A stretch of 64,000 nt of DNA from an uncultured delta proteobacterium (lineage in GTDB: Bacteria; Myxococcota; Myxococcia; Myxococcales; Anaeromyxobacteraceae). A model generated the notes under the pieces. The model did not search any database, was not told the DNA's origin, and saw only the letters and a list, made by a program, of their open reading frames with translations. The position numbers and the translations under genes were made by a program. This document shows positions 40,856-54,119 of the stretch, in pieces (positions within the stretch are counted from its first letter, which is position 1; every line of letters begins with the position of its first letter). The stretch spans positions 448,001-512,000 of the forward strand of contig CAVYBH010000008.1 in the NCBI GenBank assembly GCA_963766715.1, read 5' to 3'.

Positions 40856-42406
40856 CTACTTCACCAGGAGTCCGAGCCCCTTCATCTCCTTGGGCTGGGG
40901 GAGCCCGAGGACCTGGAGGGCGGTGGGGGCCACGTCGGCGAGCACCCCGTCCTTGCGGAGCTTCGCGCCGCGCAGGTCCGGATCGGCCAGGATGAAGGGC
41001 ACCGGCCCCAGGGTGTGCGCGGTGTGCGGCTCCCCCGTGATCGGGTCGACCATCATCTCGCAGTTGCCGTGGTCGGCCGTGACCATCATGGCCATGCCGG
41101 CCTCCCGGGCCGCCGCCCAGAGCCGTCCGATGCACTCGTCCACCACCTTCACGGCCTTCACCGCGGCGTCGAGCAGTCCGGTGTGCCCCACCATGTCCGG
41201 GTTGGCGTAGTTCACCAGGATGAAGCCGTAGCGCTTGGTCCGCACCGCCTCCACGACCTTTTCGGTGACCTCGCGGGCGCTCATCTCCGGCTTCTCGTCG
41301 TAGGTCTTCACCTCCCGCGGGCTGGGCACGAGGATCCGATCCTCCCCGGGGAAGACCGTCTCCCGCCCTCCGTTGAAGAAGAAGGTGACGTGGGCGTACT
41401 TCTCGGTCTCGGCGCAGCGAAGCTGCTTCAGGCCGGCCCGCGACACGATCTCCGGGAAGATCTCGGTGGGCTGCTCGGGCGGGAAGGCCGCGGGGAGCCC
41501 GAAGGTCTCGTCGTACTGGGCCATGCCGGCGAAGGCCGAGAGGCGCGGGCGCGAGGAGACGTCGAACTCCTTGAAGCCGGTCTGCATGAAGGCGCGGGTG
41601 ATCTCGCGCGCCCGGTCGGCGCGGAAGTTGAAGAACACGAGCGCGTCGCCGTCCTTCAGGCGCGTCACGGGCTCCCCGCCCCCGTTCACGACCACCGTCG
41701 GCTTCACGAACTCGTCGGTCTCGCCCCGGGCGTAGGCCTGCTCGACGGCGTTCACCCCGGAGGTGGCCTTCACCCCCTCGGCGCGGACCATGGCGTCGAA
41801 GGCCTCCTTCACCCGGTCCCACCGCTTGTCCCGGTCCATGGCCCAGAAGCGGCCCATGACCGTGGCCACCTTGCCGTAGCCCTTCTCCTTCATCCTCCGC
41901 TCGAGCGACCGCACGTAGCCGAGCCCGCTCTTCGGCGGCGTGTCGCGGCCGTCGAGGAAGGCGTGCACGTAGGCCTTGCCCACCCCCTCGCGCCGCGCCA
42001 GCTCGAGGAGCGCGTGCAGGTGCTCCTCGTGGCTGTGGACGCCGCCGTCCGAGACGAGCCCCATGAAGTGGACGGCGCCCCCCACCGCCTTGGCCTTGCG
42101 GACGGCCTCGAGCAGCTCCGGGATCTGGAAGAAGGAACCGTCCTCGATGGCCCGGTTCACGCGCACCAGGTCCTGGTAGACGATGCGGCCGGCGCCCAGG
42201 TTGGTGTGCCCGACCTCCGAGTTCCCCATCTGCCCGTCGGGCAGTCCGACGGCCAGACCCGAGGTCCGCAGCGCGGTCGACGGGTAGTCGCGCACCAGCG
42301 CGTCCATGTTGGGGGTGCCTGCGATGGCGATGGCGTTGGCTTCGCGCTCGACGCGGATGCCCCAGCCGTCGAGGACGACGAGCAGGACGGGCTTCACCTT
42401 GGGCAA
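40856..42406 (-). CDS. gpmI: 2,3-bisphosphoglycerate-independent phosphoglycerate mutase
   Basis: VLDGWG, GQMGNSEVGH, NFRADRARE, AETEKYAHVTFF, NPDMVGHTG, TADHGN. Confidence 0.96.
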   Translation of the reverse strand: MPKVKPVLLVVLDGWGIRVEREANAIAIAGTPNMDALVRDYPSTALRTSGLAVGLPDGQMGNSEVGHTNLGAGRIVYQDLVRVNRAIEDGSFFQIPELLEAVRKAKAVGGAVHFMGLVSDGGVHSHEEHLHALLELARREGVGKAYVHAFLDGRDTPPKSGLGYVRSLERRMKEKGYGKVATVMGRFWAMDRDKRWDRVKEAFDAMVRAEGVKATSGVNAVEQAYARGETDEFVKPTVVVNGGGEPVTRLKDGDALVFFNFRADRAREITRAFMQTGFKEFDVSSRPRLSAFAGMAQYDETFGLPAAFPPEQPTEIFPEIVSRAGLKQLRCAETEKYAHVTFFFNGGRETVFPGEDRILVPSPREVKTYDEKPEMSAREVTEKVVEAVRTKRYGFILVNYANPDMVGHTGLLDAAVKAVKVVDECIGRLWAAAREAGMAMMVTADHGNCEMMVDPITGEPHTAHTLGPVPFILADPDLRGAKLRKDGVLADVAPTALQVLGLPQPKEMKGLGLLVK

Positions 42407-42537
42407 GTGGACCTCTCTCGGCGCGCCAGGCGCGCCCGGAATGGAGGGGGAAGCCTAGGCGACGCCCCTCCGGTTCTCAAGTGGAGCCTCCACGGATCGT
42501 GCCAGGGACGGGCCAGCCCGGGGCGGAGCGCCGCGAT

Positions 42538-42999
42538 TCACTTATGGTACGGCTCTCCACGGAGGATGGTGAAGGCGCGGTAGACCTGCTCGACGAGGAC
42601 GAGCCGGGCCAGGCGGTGGGCGAGGGTGAGCCGGGAGAGGCACAGCGACTCGGCGGCGCGGGCCCGGATGGCGTCCCCGTGCCCGTCGGAGCCGCCGACG
42701 ACCAGCGTGACGTCCTTCGCTCCCTCCACCCAGGCCGCGACGCGGCGGGCGAACTCGGGACTGGTGGTCTCCTTGCCCCGCTCGTCGAGGAGCACCACCC
42801 GCTCGCCGTCCTCGATCCGGTCGAGGAGCGACGCGGCCTCCTCGTCCTTCGCGCGGGGCGTCCCGGCCGCCTTGCGCGCCTCCGGGACCTCCTCCACCGC
42901 GAACTTCACGTAGCGGGCGATTCGCTTCGCGTACTCCTCCACCGCCGGGGCGTAGAGCCCGGACCGGTCACGGCCCACCGAGAGGAGTCGGATGCGCAC
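42538..42999 (-). CDS. rlmH: 23S rRNA m3Psi1915 methyltransferase
   Basis: LDERGK, VGGSDG, LSRLTLAH, EQVYRAFTILRGEPYHK. Confidence 0.95.
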   Translation of the reverse strand: MRIRLLSVGRDRSGLYAPAVEEYAKRIARYVKFAVEEVPEARKAAGTPRAKDEEAASLLDRIEDGERVVLLDERGKETTSPEFARRVAAWVEGAKDVTLVVGGSDGHGDAIRARAAESLCLSRLTLAHRLARLVLVEQVYRAFTILRGEPYHK

Positions 43000-43158
43000 C
43001 GCCGGAGTCTACGCGCCCCCGGCGTGCCTCGATGGGGCGAACCCTCAGCGGGAAATCTGGGGGCCATCCGCCCGGAAACAGGTCCCGTCCCGCAAGGGCG
43101 CCTTTTCAGGGCGCTTCGGGGAGGAATCGAATCGGGAGAGCCACTCAGGGGGTGAACC

Positions 43159-44443
43159 ATGGATCGAGTCCTTCGCGTCCTGGCCGTCGTGTCCCTCGTC
43201 GTGTCCGCCTGCGGCCCGGAGGTCCCGTCGACCGGGGCCGGGGCCGCGGGTTCCCTGGCGCCGGAGGCCGCCGCAGCTGCGAGCGAGGCCCTGCGTCTCC
43301 CGTCCCACCACCCGAGGCTGGAGGTGATGACCCGCAACCTATACCTGGGTGCGGAGATCACCGCAATCGTCGGGGCGCAGGACCCCGTCGCCGTCGCCAC
43401 CCAGATCTGGGGCGACGTCCAGCGTACCGACTTCCCGGCCCGCGCCGAGGTCCTCGCCGACGAGATCTTCTGGGCCCGCCCGGACGTCCTCGGGCTCCAG
43501 GAGGTGACCCTCTACCGATCGGGTCCTCCCGACGTCTGCCAGGGGCTCGCGACGCCCTCGTCCCCCGTGGCCCGCCACGTCGAGCTCGACTTCCTCTCCA
43601 TCCTCCAGAAGGAGCTGCACCGGCGCGGCCTCCACTACGACGTCGCCGCCCAGGTGACCACCATGGACGTCGAGTTGTGCATCTTCGACCCGTCCAGGAA
43701 GGAGGGCGTGGGTGACCTCCGGTACACCGACCGCGACGTGCTGCTCGTCCGCAAGGACGTCCGCTGGCGCGACCCGCCGCCGGCGCAGCCGGTCCCGGGA
43801 TTCGTCCCCGCGCCGATCCCGCCGGGGCCGGGCGATCGGAACGGAGGGGTCTACGCGGTCGCGGTCGAGACCGGCGTTCTGGAGCCGCCTCGCGCGCCGG
43901 CCACCGCGTTCTTCCGCATCGAAGGGGTGGCGGACCCTGTCTTCAGCTGGCGCGGGTGGACGGCGGTGGAGGTCGAGCGCGACGGGCACTGGGTCCGCGT
44001 CTTCGAGACCCATGTGGAGGATCGGCTGGACCTCACGAAGGAGGGGCTGGACTCCTGGTACTTCCAGGCCCTCCAGGACACGCAACTCCTGGCCCTCGTC
44101 GACGGCGCAAACGGGGCCAAGGCGCTTCCCACCGTGGTCCTCGGCGACTTCAACGTCTACCGGCAGGAGTCTGAGCCGGTCCCGGCGACGTTCGCCCTGC
44201 TCACGAGCGGCGTCCTGCGGGATGCGTGGACGGCCCTTCGTCCTCCGAACGACTGGGGCCCGACCTGGGGCTTCGATCCGGATCTCCGGGGCGGCGAGCT
44301 CTTCACCACCCTCGACCTGGTGCTCGCCACCGACGACCTGGAGCCGCTATTCACCTACCGTGTCGGGGTCCACGATCGGACCCGCGGAGGGCTCCACCCG
44401 TCCGACCACGCCGGCCTCGTCACCGGCCTTCCAGATCCACTGA
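43159..44443 (+). CDS. Endonuclease/exonuclease/phosphatase family lipoprotein (probable indel ~44427; the ORF as sequenced ends at 44496)
   Basis: Lipobox VSA-C; MTRNLYLG, LGLQEV, VLGDFN, PSDHAG. Confidence 0.82.
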
Positions 44444-45056
44444 CGGTGCGCGGGCGCCCTCCCTGCCGGACCACGGCCTCGGCCAGGACCGGATAGGGCT
44501 GGGCGCCCACCACGCGCTCCGCCCCGACGTCGAAGGTGGGAATGCCCGTCACCCCGGCGGCGGCCGCCTCGCGCCCCATGGCCGCCACGCGGGCCAGGAC
44601 GCCGGGGGTCCGGCTCTCCCGGATCGCCACGTCGCCGTCGAGCCCCGCCGCCTTCGCGACCCCGGCCAGGACCCCGTCGTCCTCGATGTCGAGGCCGTTC
44701 CGCCAGTAGGCGTCCATGAGGCCGGTGCGGACCTCGTGCAGCCGGCCCTGGTCGCGCGCCCATTCGGCGAGCGCCAGCGCCTTGCGGGTGTTGGGCTTGT
44801 GAGCCGGGACGACCATGCCCACGACCCCCTGCGCCTTCGCGAAGTCGAGGAGGTAGGGGCGCATCTTCCGCACCCGCTCCGCCCCGAACATCTCCTCGAG
44901 CGGCATGCCGCCCACCGGGATGTCCGGGTGCAGCTCGAACCCGCGCCAGTCGAGCGTCACGTCGAACTCGGCTTGCAGCCTGACCAGGCTGCTCTGCTCC
45001 GCGACGAAGCAGAAGGGTCAGACGAAGTCGGACCAGATGCGGATCGGGATGTCCAT
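44355..45056 (-). CDS. DsbA/FrnE-like thiol oxidoreductase, probable selenoprotein (UxxC); true stop may be 44420
   Basis: [15 protein letters not shown](45020-45018)-PFCFVAE continues in frame into ORF 44355..44960 ([26 protein letters not shown]). Confidence 0.85.
44975..44992 (-). promoter_or_regulatory. Bacterial SECIS-like hairpin
   Basis: GCAGCCU-GGUC-AGGCUGC perfect stem starting 25 nt after the in-frame UGA, with G/U in the apical loop. Confidence 0.7.
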
Positions 45057-45091
45057 GGCGCCGTCACCTAATCCCGGACATGATCCGGCGC

Positions 45092-45661
45092 ATGATCGCA
45101 CCGCCGAAGACCGCCGCACCCACCATGGAGGCCCGCAAGCGCGTGGCCCTCGTGGCCCACGACAACCGGAAGGAAGACCTGCTCGACTGGGCCCGGTTCA
45201 ACCAGGGCACGCTCTCGCGCCACCAGCTCTTCGGGACGGGGACGACCGGCAGGCTCATCCACGACCGGCTGGGGCTCGAGGTCCACCGGCTGCTCTCCGG
45301 GCCGCTCGGCGGCGACCAGCAGCTCGGCGCCCTCATCGCCGAGGGCAAGCTCGACGTGCTCATCTTCTTCTGGGACCCGCTCGAGCCGCAGCCCCACGAC
45401 ACCGACGTGAAGGCGCTGCTCCGGATCGCGGTGCTCTACAACATCCCCACGGCCTGCAACCGGGCCACCGCCGACTTCATCGTGTCGTCGCACCTCATGG
45501 CCGAGACCTACGGAGGGCCGCTCACGGCGAAGCCGGTCGCACGCTCCCCGTGCCGACCGAGCCGGGCTGACGGAGCCGGTCCACCCAGGCCATCCAGAGG
45601 ACGAGCAGCCACATCGAGATGGTTCCCCAGGCCACCGCCTGCTCGCCCGGGGGGAGCGTGA
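45092..45661 (+). CDS. mgsA: Methylglyoxal synthase (3' end uncertain, possibly 45570)
   Basis: [45 protein letters not shown]. Confidence 0.92.
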   Translation: MIAPPKTAAPTMEARKRVALVAHDNRKEDLLDWARFNQGTLSRHQLFGTGTTGRLIHDRLGLEVHRLLSGPLGGDQQLGALIAEGKLDVLIFFWDPLEPQPHDTDVKALLRIAVLYNIPTACNRATADFIVSSHLMAETYGGPLTAKPVARSPCRPSRADGAGPPRPSRGRAATSRWFPRPPPARPGGA

Positions 45662-46206
45662 ACTGGTTCCCGATGGCCATGACGGCGAGGAAGGCGACGA
45701 GGCTCCACAAGCGCGACGCTTCCCGAGCGGCTCCGGGGCCGGGTGCCGGTGGCGTAGAGCCAGACGCCGCCGGCGAAGATGGCCCCTTCCACGAGCACCG
45801 TCGCCGCCACCGAGTTCCAGAGGCCGAGGCCGAAGCGCTCCGGCGCCCAGGGGACGAGCTGGAGGTCGGGCCGGTGGGTGGCCCAGTCGAGGAACCAGTG
45901 GCTCGCCACGAGCAGCCCCACCACGATCGCGCCGCGCCGCTCGCCGCCGGCGGCCCGGTACAGGAGGCCGAAGGCGATCGCCCAGGCGATCGACATGAGC
46001 AGGCTGTGCGTCCACGGATAGTGGACGAAGGCCAGCGGGGTGTAGGCGGTGTCGCCCGGCGCGATCCGCACCTGCTCGATCCCGGCCAGCACGAGCACGG
46101 GCCAGACCAGGTCGACCCATTGGCTGGCCGCTCCCAGGGCGCCCAGGCTCGTTCGCGGGGCGAGCCGCTTGGCCGCGAAGGCCAGTCCGAAGTGACCGAG
46201 GAACAT
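45522..46206 (-). CDS. Membrane-bound metal-dependent hydrolase-like protein; frameshift ~45715
   Basis: [38 protein letters not shown]. Confidence 0.8.
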
Positions 46207-46242
46207 GGCAGGCGTTTCCTAAGCTGGTAGGCTGCGCCGCGC

Positions 46243-47005
46243 TTGGCCGTCCCGCCCTCCACGCTCGCGCTCCTGGTCGTCGCCGCCTTCGTCGCCGGGA
46301 CGGTGGACGCCATCGGCGGCGGGGGAGGCCTGGTGACGCTTCCGGCCCTGCTCGCCGCGGGGCTCCCGCCCGCGCTCGCGCTCGGCACCAACAAGGGGCA
46401 GAGCCGTCTTCGGGTCGGGGGCCGCGCTCCTGCGCTACGCGCGGGCGGGCCTGGTGGACGGGCGGGTGGCCCGGGTCACCTTCCCGGCCGGCCTGGCGGG
46501 GTCGTTCGGCGGGGCGGCGCTGGTGCTGCTCGTCCCGCCGGCCGCGCTGCGCCCGGTGGTGCTGGGGCTCCTCGTGGTCGTGGCGGCCATCCTGGCGCTG
46601 CGTCCCGCCACGCCCGCCGCTCCCCGGCCCGGGGCGCACCGGTCGCTCGCGGTCGCCGCGGCCATCGCGCTCTGCATCGGCGCCTACGACGGGTTCTTCG
46701 GTCCCGGCACCGGGACCTTCCTCATCTTCGGCTTCGTCCTCTTCTTCGGGGCCGGCATGCGCGAGGCCTCGGCCGACGCCAAGGTGGTGAACTTCGCCTC
46801 CAACCTGGCGGCGGTGGCGCTCTTCTCGACCCGCGGCCTGGTCGCCTGGCCGGTGGCGCTGCCCATGGCGGCCGGGCAGTTCGCGGGGGGGCTGGCCGGG
46901 GCGCACCTGGCCGTCCGGGGCGGCGACCGGCTGGTCCGCTGGGTCGTCCTGGGGGTCGTCGTCGTACTGGTCGTGAAGCTCGGCACGGACCTCGTCCGCG
47001 GCTAG
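46243..47005 (+). CDS. TSUP/TauE family transporter; frameshift ~46405
   Basis: AGTVDAIGGGGGLVTLPAL, ALGTNK, GAYDGFFGPGTGTFL, AKVVNFASN. Confidence 0.87.
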
Positions 47006-47014
47006 ACTCCGGGG

Positions 47015-47509
47015 ATGGCCCCGACCCCGAAGCAGCCCGCGCCCAAGGACCTCCTCGTCCGCGCCGGAGAGCGCGCCGCGCAGGAGGAGTCGTTCCGCCA
47101 CCCGCTCAACCCGGCCTCCGAGCTGCACGGGACCACGCTCTCCCGGCTCACCGGCCTCGCGAAGTGCGGGGTGAACTTCATCCGGGTCCCTCCCGGGAAG
47201 GAGTCGTTCGTCCACCACGTCCACCTCGTGGACGAGGAGTGGATGTACGTGCTCTCGGGCAGGGGGGAGCTGCGCATCGGCGACGAGCGCTTCGAGGTGG
47301 GGCCGGGCGACTTCGCCGGCTTCCCGCCGCGCACCCACGCCCACCACCTCCGGAACACCGGCTCGGAGGACCTCGTGTACCTCTCCGGCGGCGAGGCGAT
47401 CGACTTCGGCATCGCCGACTTCCCCGAGCTGGGGCTGCGGATGACGATCGCCGGGAAGGAGGCGAAGGTCTTCCCGCTCGAGGCGGGAAAGGATTTGTTC
47501 GGCGGCTGA
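47015..47509 (+). CDS. Cupin domain protein
   Basis: PGKES..HVH..DEEWMYVLSGRG, PGDFAGFP..HAHHLRN. Confidence 0.88.
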   Translation: MAPTPKQPAPKDLLVRAGERAAQEESFRHPLNPASELHGTTLSRLTGLAKCGVNFIRVPPGKESFVHHVHLVDEEWMYVLSGRGELRIGDERFEVGPGDFAGFPPRTHAHHLRNTGSEDLVYLSGGEAIDFGIADFPELGLRMTIAGKEAKVFPLEAGKDLFGG

Positions 47510-47612
47510 CGGGCCGGGAGCGGCCGCTTACGGCCCGCCCGGGAGGTGCGTCGCCGGGCGGGACACGCCTAGCCAGGGGCCCACGGGCATCCGCCCGGCG
47601 AAGGAGACCCCC

Positions 47613-48116
47613 ATGGCCAAGACGCTCCCGATTCCCCCCGGCGCCCATGCGCTCACCCCCAACCTCTCGATCCACGGCGCCACCCAGGCGATCGAGTTCT
47701 ACAAGCGCGCGCTCGACGCCGCGGAGAAGGGGCGCTTCCCCTCCCCCGACGGCAAGGCCATCTGGCACGCCGAGCTGCGCGTCGGCGACTCCGCGGTCTT
47801 CCTCCACGACGAGATGCCGATGGGACCGCCGGCCCCCACCCGGGATCATCCCGCGCCGGTCGGCTTCTGGATCTGGGTGAAGGACGCCGACGCCGCCTTC
47901 CAGCGCGCGGTGGGCGCGGGCGCGTCGGCGCTCATGCCGCCCTCCGACCAGTTCTGGGGTGACCGGACCGCCACCATCGCCGATCCCTTCGGCTACGCCT
48001 GGACCTTCGCCACGCACGTGAAGGACATGACCGAGGAGGAGATGCGCCGGGCCGGGGAGGAGTTCGCCCGCAAGAGCGGGATGAGCGCGGCGGACGTGAA
48101 GTCCTCGCACGCCTAG
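47613..48116 (+). CDS. VOC (glyoxalase/PhnB-like) protein
   Basis: AIEFYKRA, HAELRVGDS, DQFWGDR..DPFGYAW; AAGGAG RBS. Confidence 0.88.
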   Translation: MAKTLPIPPGAHALTPNLSIHGATQAIEFYKRALDAAEKGRFPSPDGKAIWHAELRVGDSAVFLHDEMPMGPPAPTRDHPAPVGFWIWVKDADAAFQRAVGAGASALMPPSDQFWGDRTATIADPFGYAWTFATHVKDMTEEEMRRAGEEFARKSGMSAADVKSSHA

Positions 48117-48709
48117 CACTTCTCGTACTTCCAGTTGCGCGCCTTGCCCTCGGCCATCCACGCGATGGCCTGGGCGAGCCGCCGCGCCCGGGTGTCCGAC
48201 CCCTTCGCCTCGACGATCCACTCGACGTACTCCCGCCGCTTCGACGGGCTGAAGCCCTCGAACGTCGCGGCGGCCTTCCGGCTCCCCTTCAGGGCCAGGG
48301 CGAGGTCCGGGGGCGCCTTGGCCTCCGGCTTGGGCTTCCTGGGAAGGCGCGGGGCCTTCACGCCCGCCTCGTTCCGCGCCGCGGCCGCCTTCAGGAGCTT
48401 CGCGAGCGCCGCCTTCGGCGGCAGGTCGGAGATCCGGGTGATGCGTCCGAACTGCCCCATGGCGTCGCCCTTCGCGGCGCCGCCCAGCAGCACGTCCCCG
48501 CTCCGGACGTGGAAGGCGCAGTGCGCCTGGAAGGCGGCGAAGCCGCAGAGGATCCCCTCGTGCATGAAGTGGGGCATCCCCCACTTGATCGTCTCCTCCA
48601 CGCCGGGCACGGCGGCGCGGACCACGTTTCGCAGGTGGGAGAGGACGGGGCGGGCGAACGGCGCGGCCCGCGCGATGTAGGCGTCGATCCGGGGGTCCTT
48701 CGTGGCCAT
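48113..48709 (-). CDS. YdeI/OmpD-associated family protein (DUF1801 N-terminus)
   Basis: DPRIDAYI, EETIKWGMPHF, REYVEWIVEAK..TRARR, NWKYEKC. Confidence 0.87.
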   Translation of the reverse strand: MATKDPRIDAYIARAAPFARPVLSHLRNVVRAAVPGVEETIKWGMPHFMHEGILCGFAAFQAHCAFHVRSGDVLLGGAAKGDAMGQFGRITRISDLPPKAALAKLLKAAAARNEAGVKAPRLPRKPKPEAKAPPDLALALKGSRKAAATFEGFSPSKRREYVEWIVEAKGSDTRARRLAQAIAWMAEGKARNWKYEKC

Positions 48710-48782
48710 CGTGCGGATGTAGCCGGGCGCGCGGGCGACGGCCACCTTGCCGCCCGCCCCGCCGCGTCGTAGGACCGGACCC

Positions 48783-49561
48783 ATGTCCGCGACCGTCGCC
48801 CTGCTGCTCCTCGCCCTCGCCGCCCCGCCCGACACCCTCGCGCCGCCCCGGTCCGCCGTGCGCTCCGCCCGACCCGCTGGCGCAGCTGGTGGGCGCGCTC
48901 GCTCGCCTCCCCGCCACGACGCAGGTCCGCGCGCGCGTCGAGCACCGGGTGACCTTCGCGCAGGGAGACGAGGAGCAGCCGCCCGTGCCTGGCACCGCGA
49001 CGGCGACGGCATCCTCGGGGCCGGACGGGCTGCGGATCACCTTCAGCCCGTCCTTGCTCGCCCGGGCCGAGGCCGAGGAGCGGGACCGGCTCCAGAACCC
49101 CGACGCCCCGACGCCCACCCGCGACGCCGTCGGCGACCTCCGGACGCTCGCGCTGGCCCGCTCGCTGGACGCGGTCCCGGAGATGCTGCGATCCCTTCAC
49201 GACGCCCGGGTGCTCGAGGACAAGGTGGAGCCGTTCGAGGGAGCGCCCACCCGGGTCCTGGTCCTCCAGGTGAAGCCGGCGATCGCCTCGCGAGACCGGA
49301 AGTACGTGAAGGACATCGAGGCGACGGCCCGGATCTGGCTGGGCCAGGACGGCGTGCCGATCGCGACGGACCGGCGCGTGCTCCTCAAGGGGCGCATCTT
49401 CCTCATCATCAGCTTCGAGATCGAGCAGAAGGAGCGCCTCCGCTTCGGCCGCAGCGGCGACCGGCTGGTCGTGCTGCGACAGGAGAGCGACTTCAGGTCG
49501 GTCGGGGGCCGGCGAGCGGCGGGACCGGCTGGCGGTCACGACCCTCAGCCTGCTCGAGTGA
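48783..49561 (+). CDS. Secreted hypothetical protein (frameshifts ~48860 and ~49505)
   Basis: Signal-like MSATVALLLLALAA; beta-rich body (GLRITFSPSLL, ARIWLGQDGVP, FGRSGDRLVVL); TGA at 49559-49561. Confidence 0.6.
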
Positions 49562-49564
49562 CGC

Positions 49565-50318
49565 CTACCTCACCGCGAAGACCACCTCGACGCGCGCGCC
49601 GTACTCCAGCTCGCCCTCCGCCACCGGGGCGGGCGCGGCGTCGGCGGCCATGGAGCGGGCCATCATCGGACCGGCCATCGGGCGCGGCGATCCGCCGCCC
49701 TCCGACACGTGGAGGAGCTCGCCGAGCTCGACCGCGGCCGCGACCGCGATGGCCCGGGCCTTCTCCCGGGCGTTCGCGTAGGCCTGGGCGAGCGCCTCGA
49801 GCTGCTGGGGCTTCGGGTCGAGCCGCTCCATCCGCAGCGCGCTCACCTGGTTCGACCCCGCCGCGGTCACCGCGTCGAGGATGGGCCCGAGCCGGGAGAG
49901 CTCGCGCACCTTCACGTCGGCGGCGGTCGCGACCCGGTAGCCGGCGATGGGCTGCTGCTTGCCGTCCTTCCACGGGCGGTCGACGGTGACGTCGTAGCGC
50001 ACGGTGCGGACGTCCTTCGCCGCCACGCCCGCCCTGCGCCACCGCGTCGAGCACCGCCTTCATCTTGCCGTTCACCTCGGCGCTCGCGGCGGCCACCGTC
50101 TTCGCCGTGGCCTCGACACCCACGGTGAACGAGGCCGCGTCGGGCGCCACCGACACCCGGCCCTCCCCGGAGACCGAGACGGTCCGGGGCGGGCGGGGCG
50201 GCATGCCCGGGCCGGGCGGGGTGCCCGGCACCCGCAGGGCCGCGGCGTCCTGGGCGAGGGCGCTCCCCGCCAGCAGGAGGGAGCACAGCGCAGCGGCCAC
50301 GCCGGGCGCGGGGCGCAT
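49565..50318 (-). CDS. SIMPL (DUF541) domain periplasmic protein; frameshift ~50030
   Basis: Signal peptide, TVSVSGEGRVSVAPD, AYANAREKA, ARVEVVFAVR. Confidence 0.85.
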
Positions 50319-50323
50319 CGCGA

Positions 50324-53951
<3,628 letters not shown>

Positions 53952-54065
53952 GCGGCCTCCGGCGCTGGGCCCTGCGCGTGGGGTGGATCCTGAGGGGGAG
54001 GCATTCTACCCCGCCCGGGACGGAATGGACCCCCCGGATCGGCGCAAGATCCCGATCACCCGACG

Positions 54066-54079
54066 TTGACGAGAGTCAA
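54066..54079. promoter_or_regulatory. CRP/FNR-like palindrome upstream of nifJ
   Basis: TTGAC-GAGA-GTCAA; minus-strand TAGAAT (-10-like) at 54008-54003. Confidence 0.5.
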
Positions 54080-54119
54080 GTCCCGGTGCGCGCGGCGCGG
54101 CCCTCGTTCGGCGGATGGC

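Noticed and set aside
43030..43150. Possible c-di-GMP-I riboswitch upstream of the EEP lipoprotein
   Set aside because: GGCGAACC...GAAA resembles only the first hairpin; the GCAAAGC junction and the second stem are missing
45092..48116. mgsA plus VOC as a methylglyoxal production and detoxification module
   Set aside because: The VOC protein looks PhnB-like, without clear glyoxalase I motifs, and the genes are not in one operon
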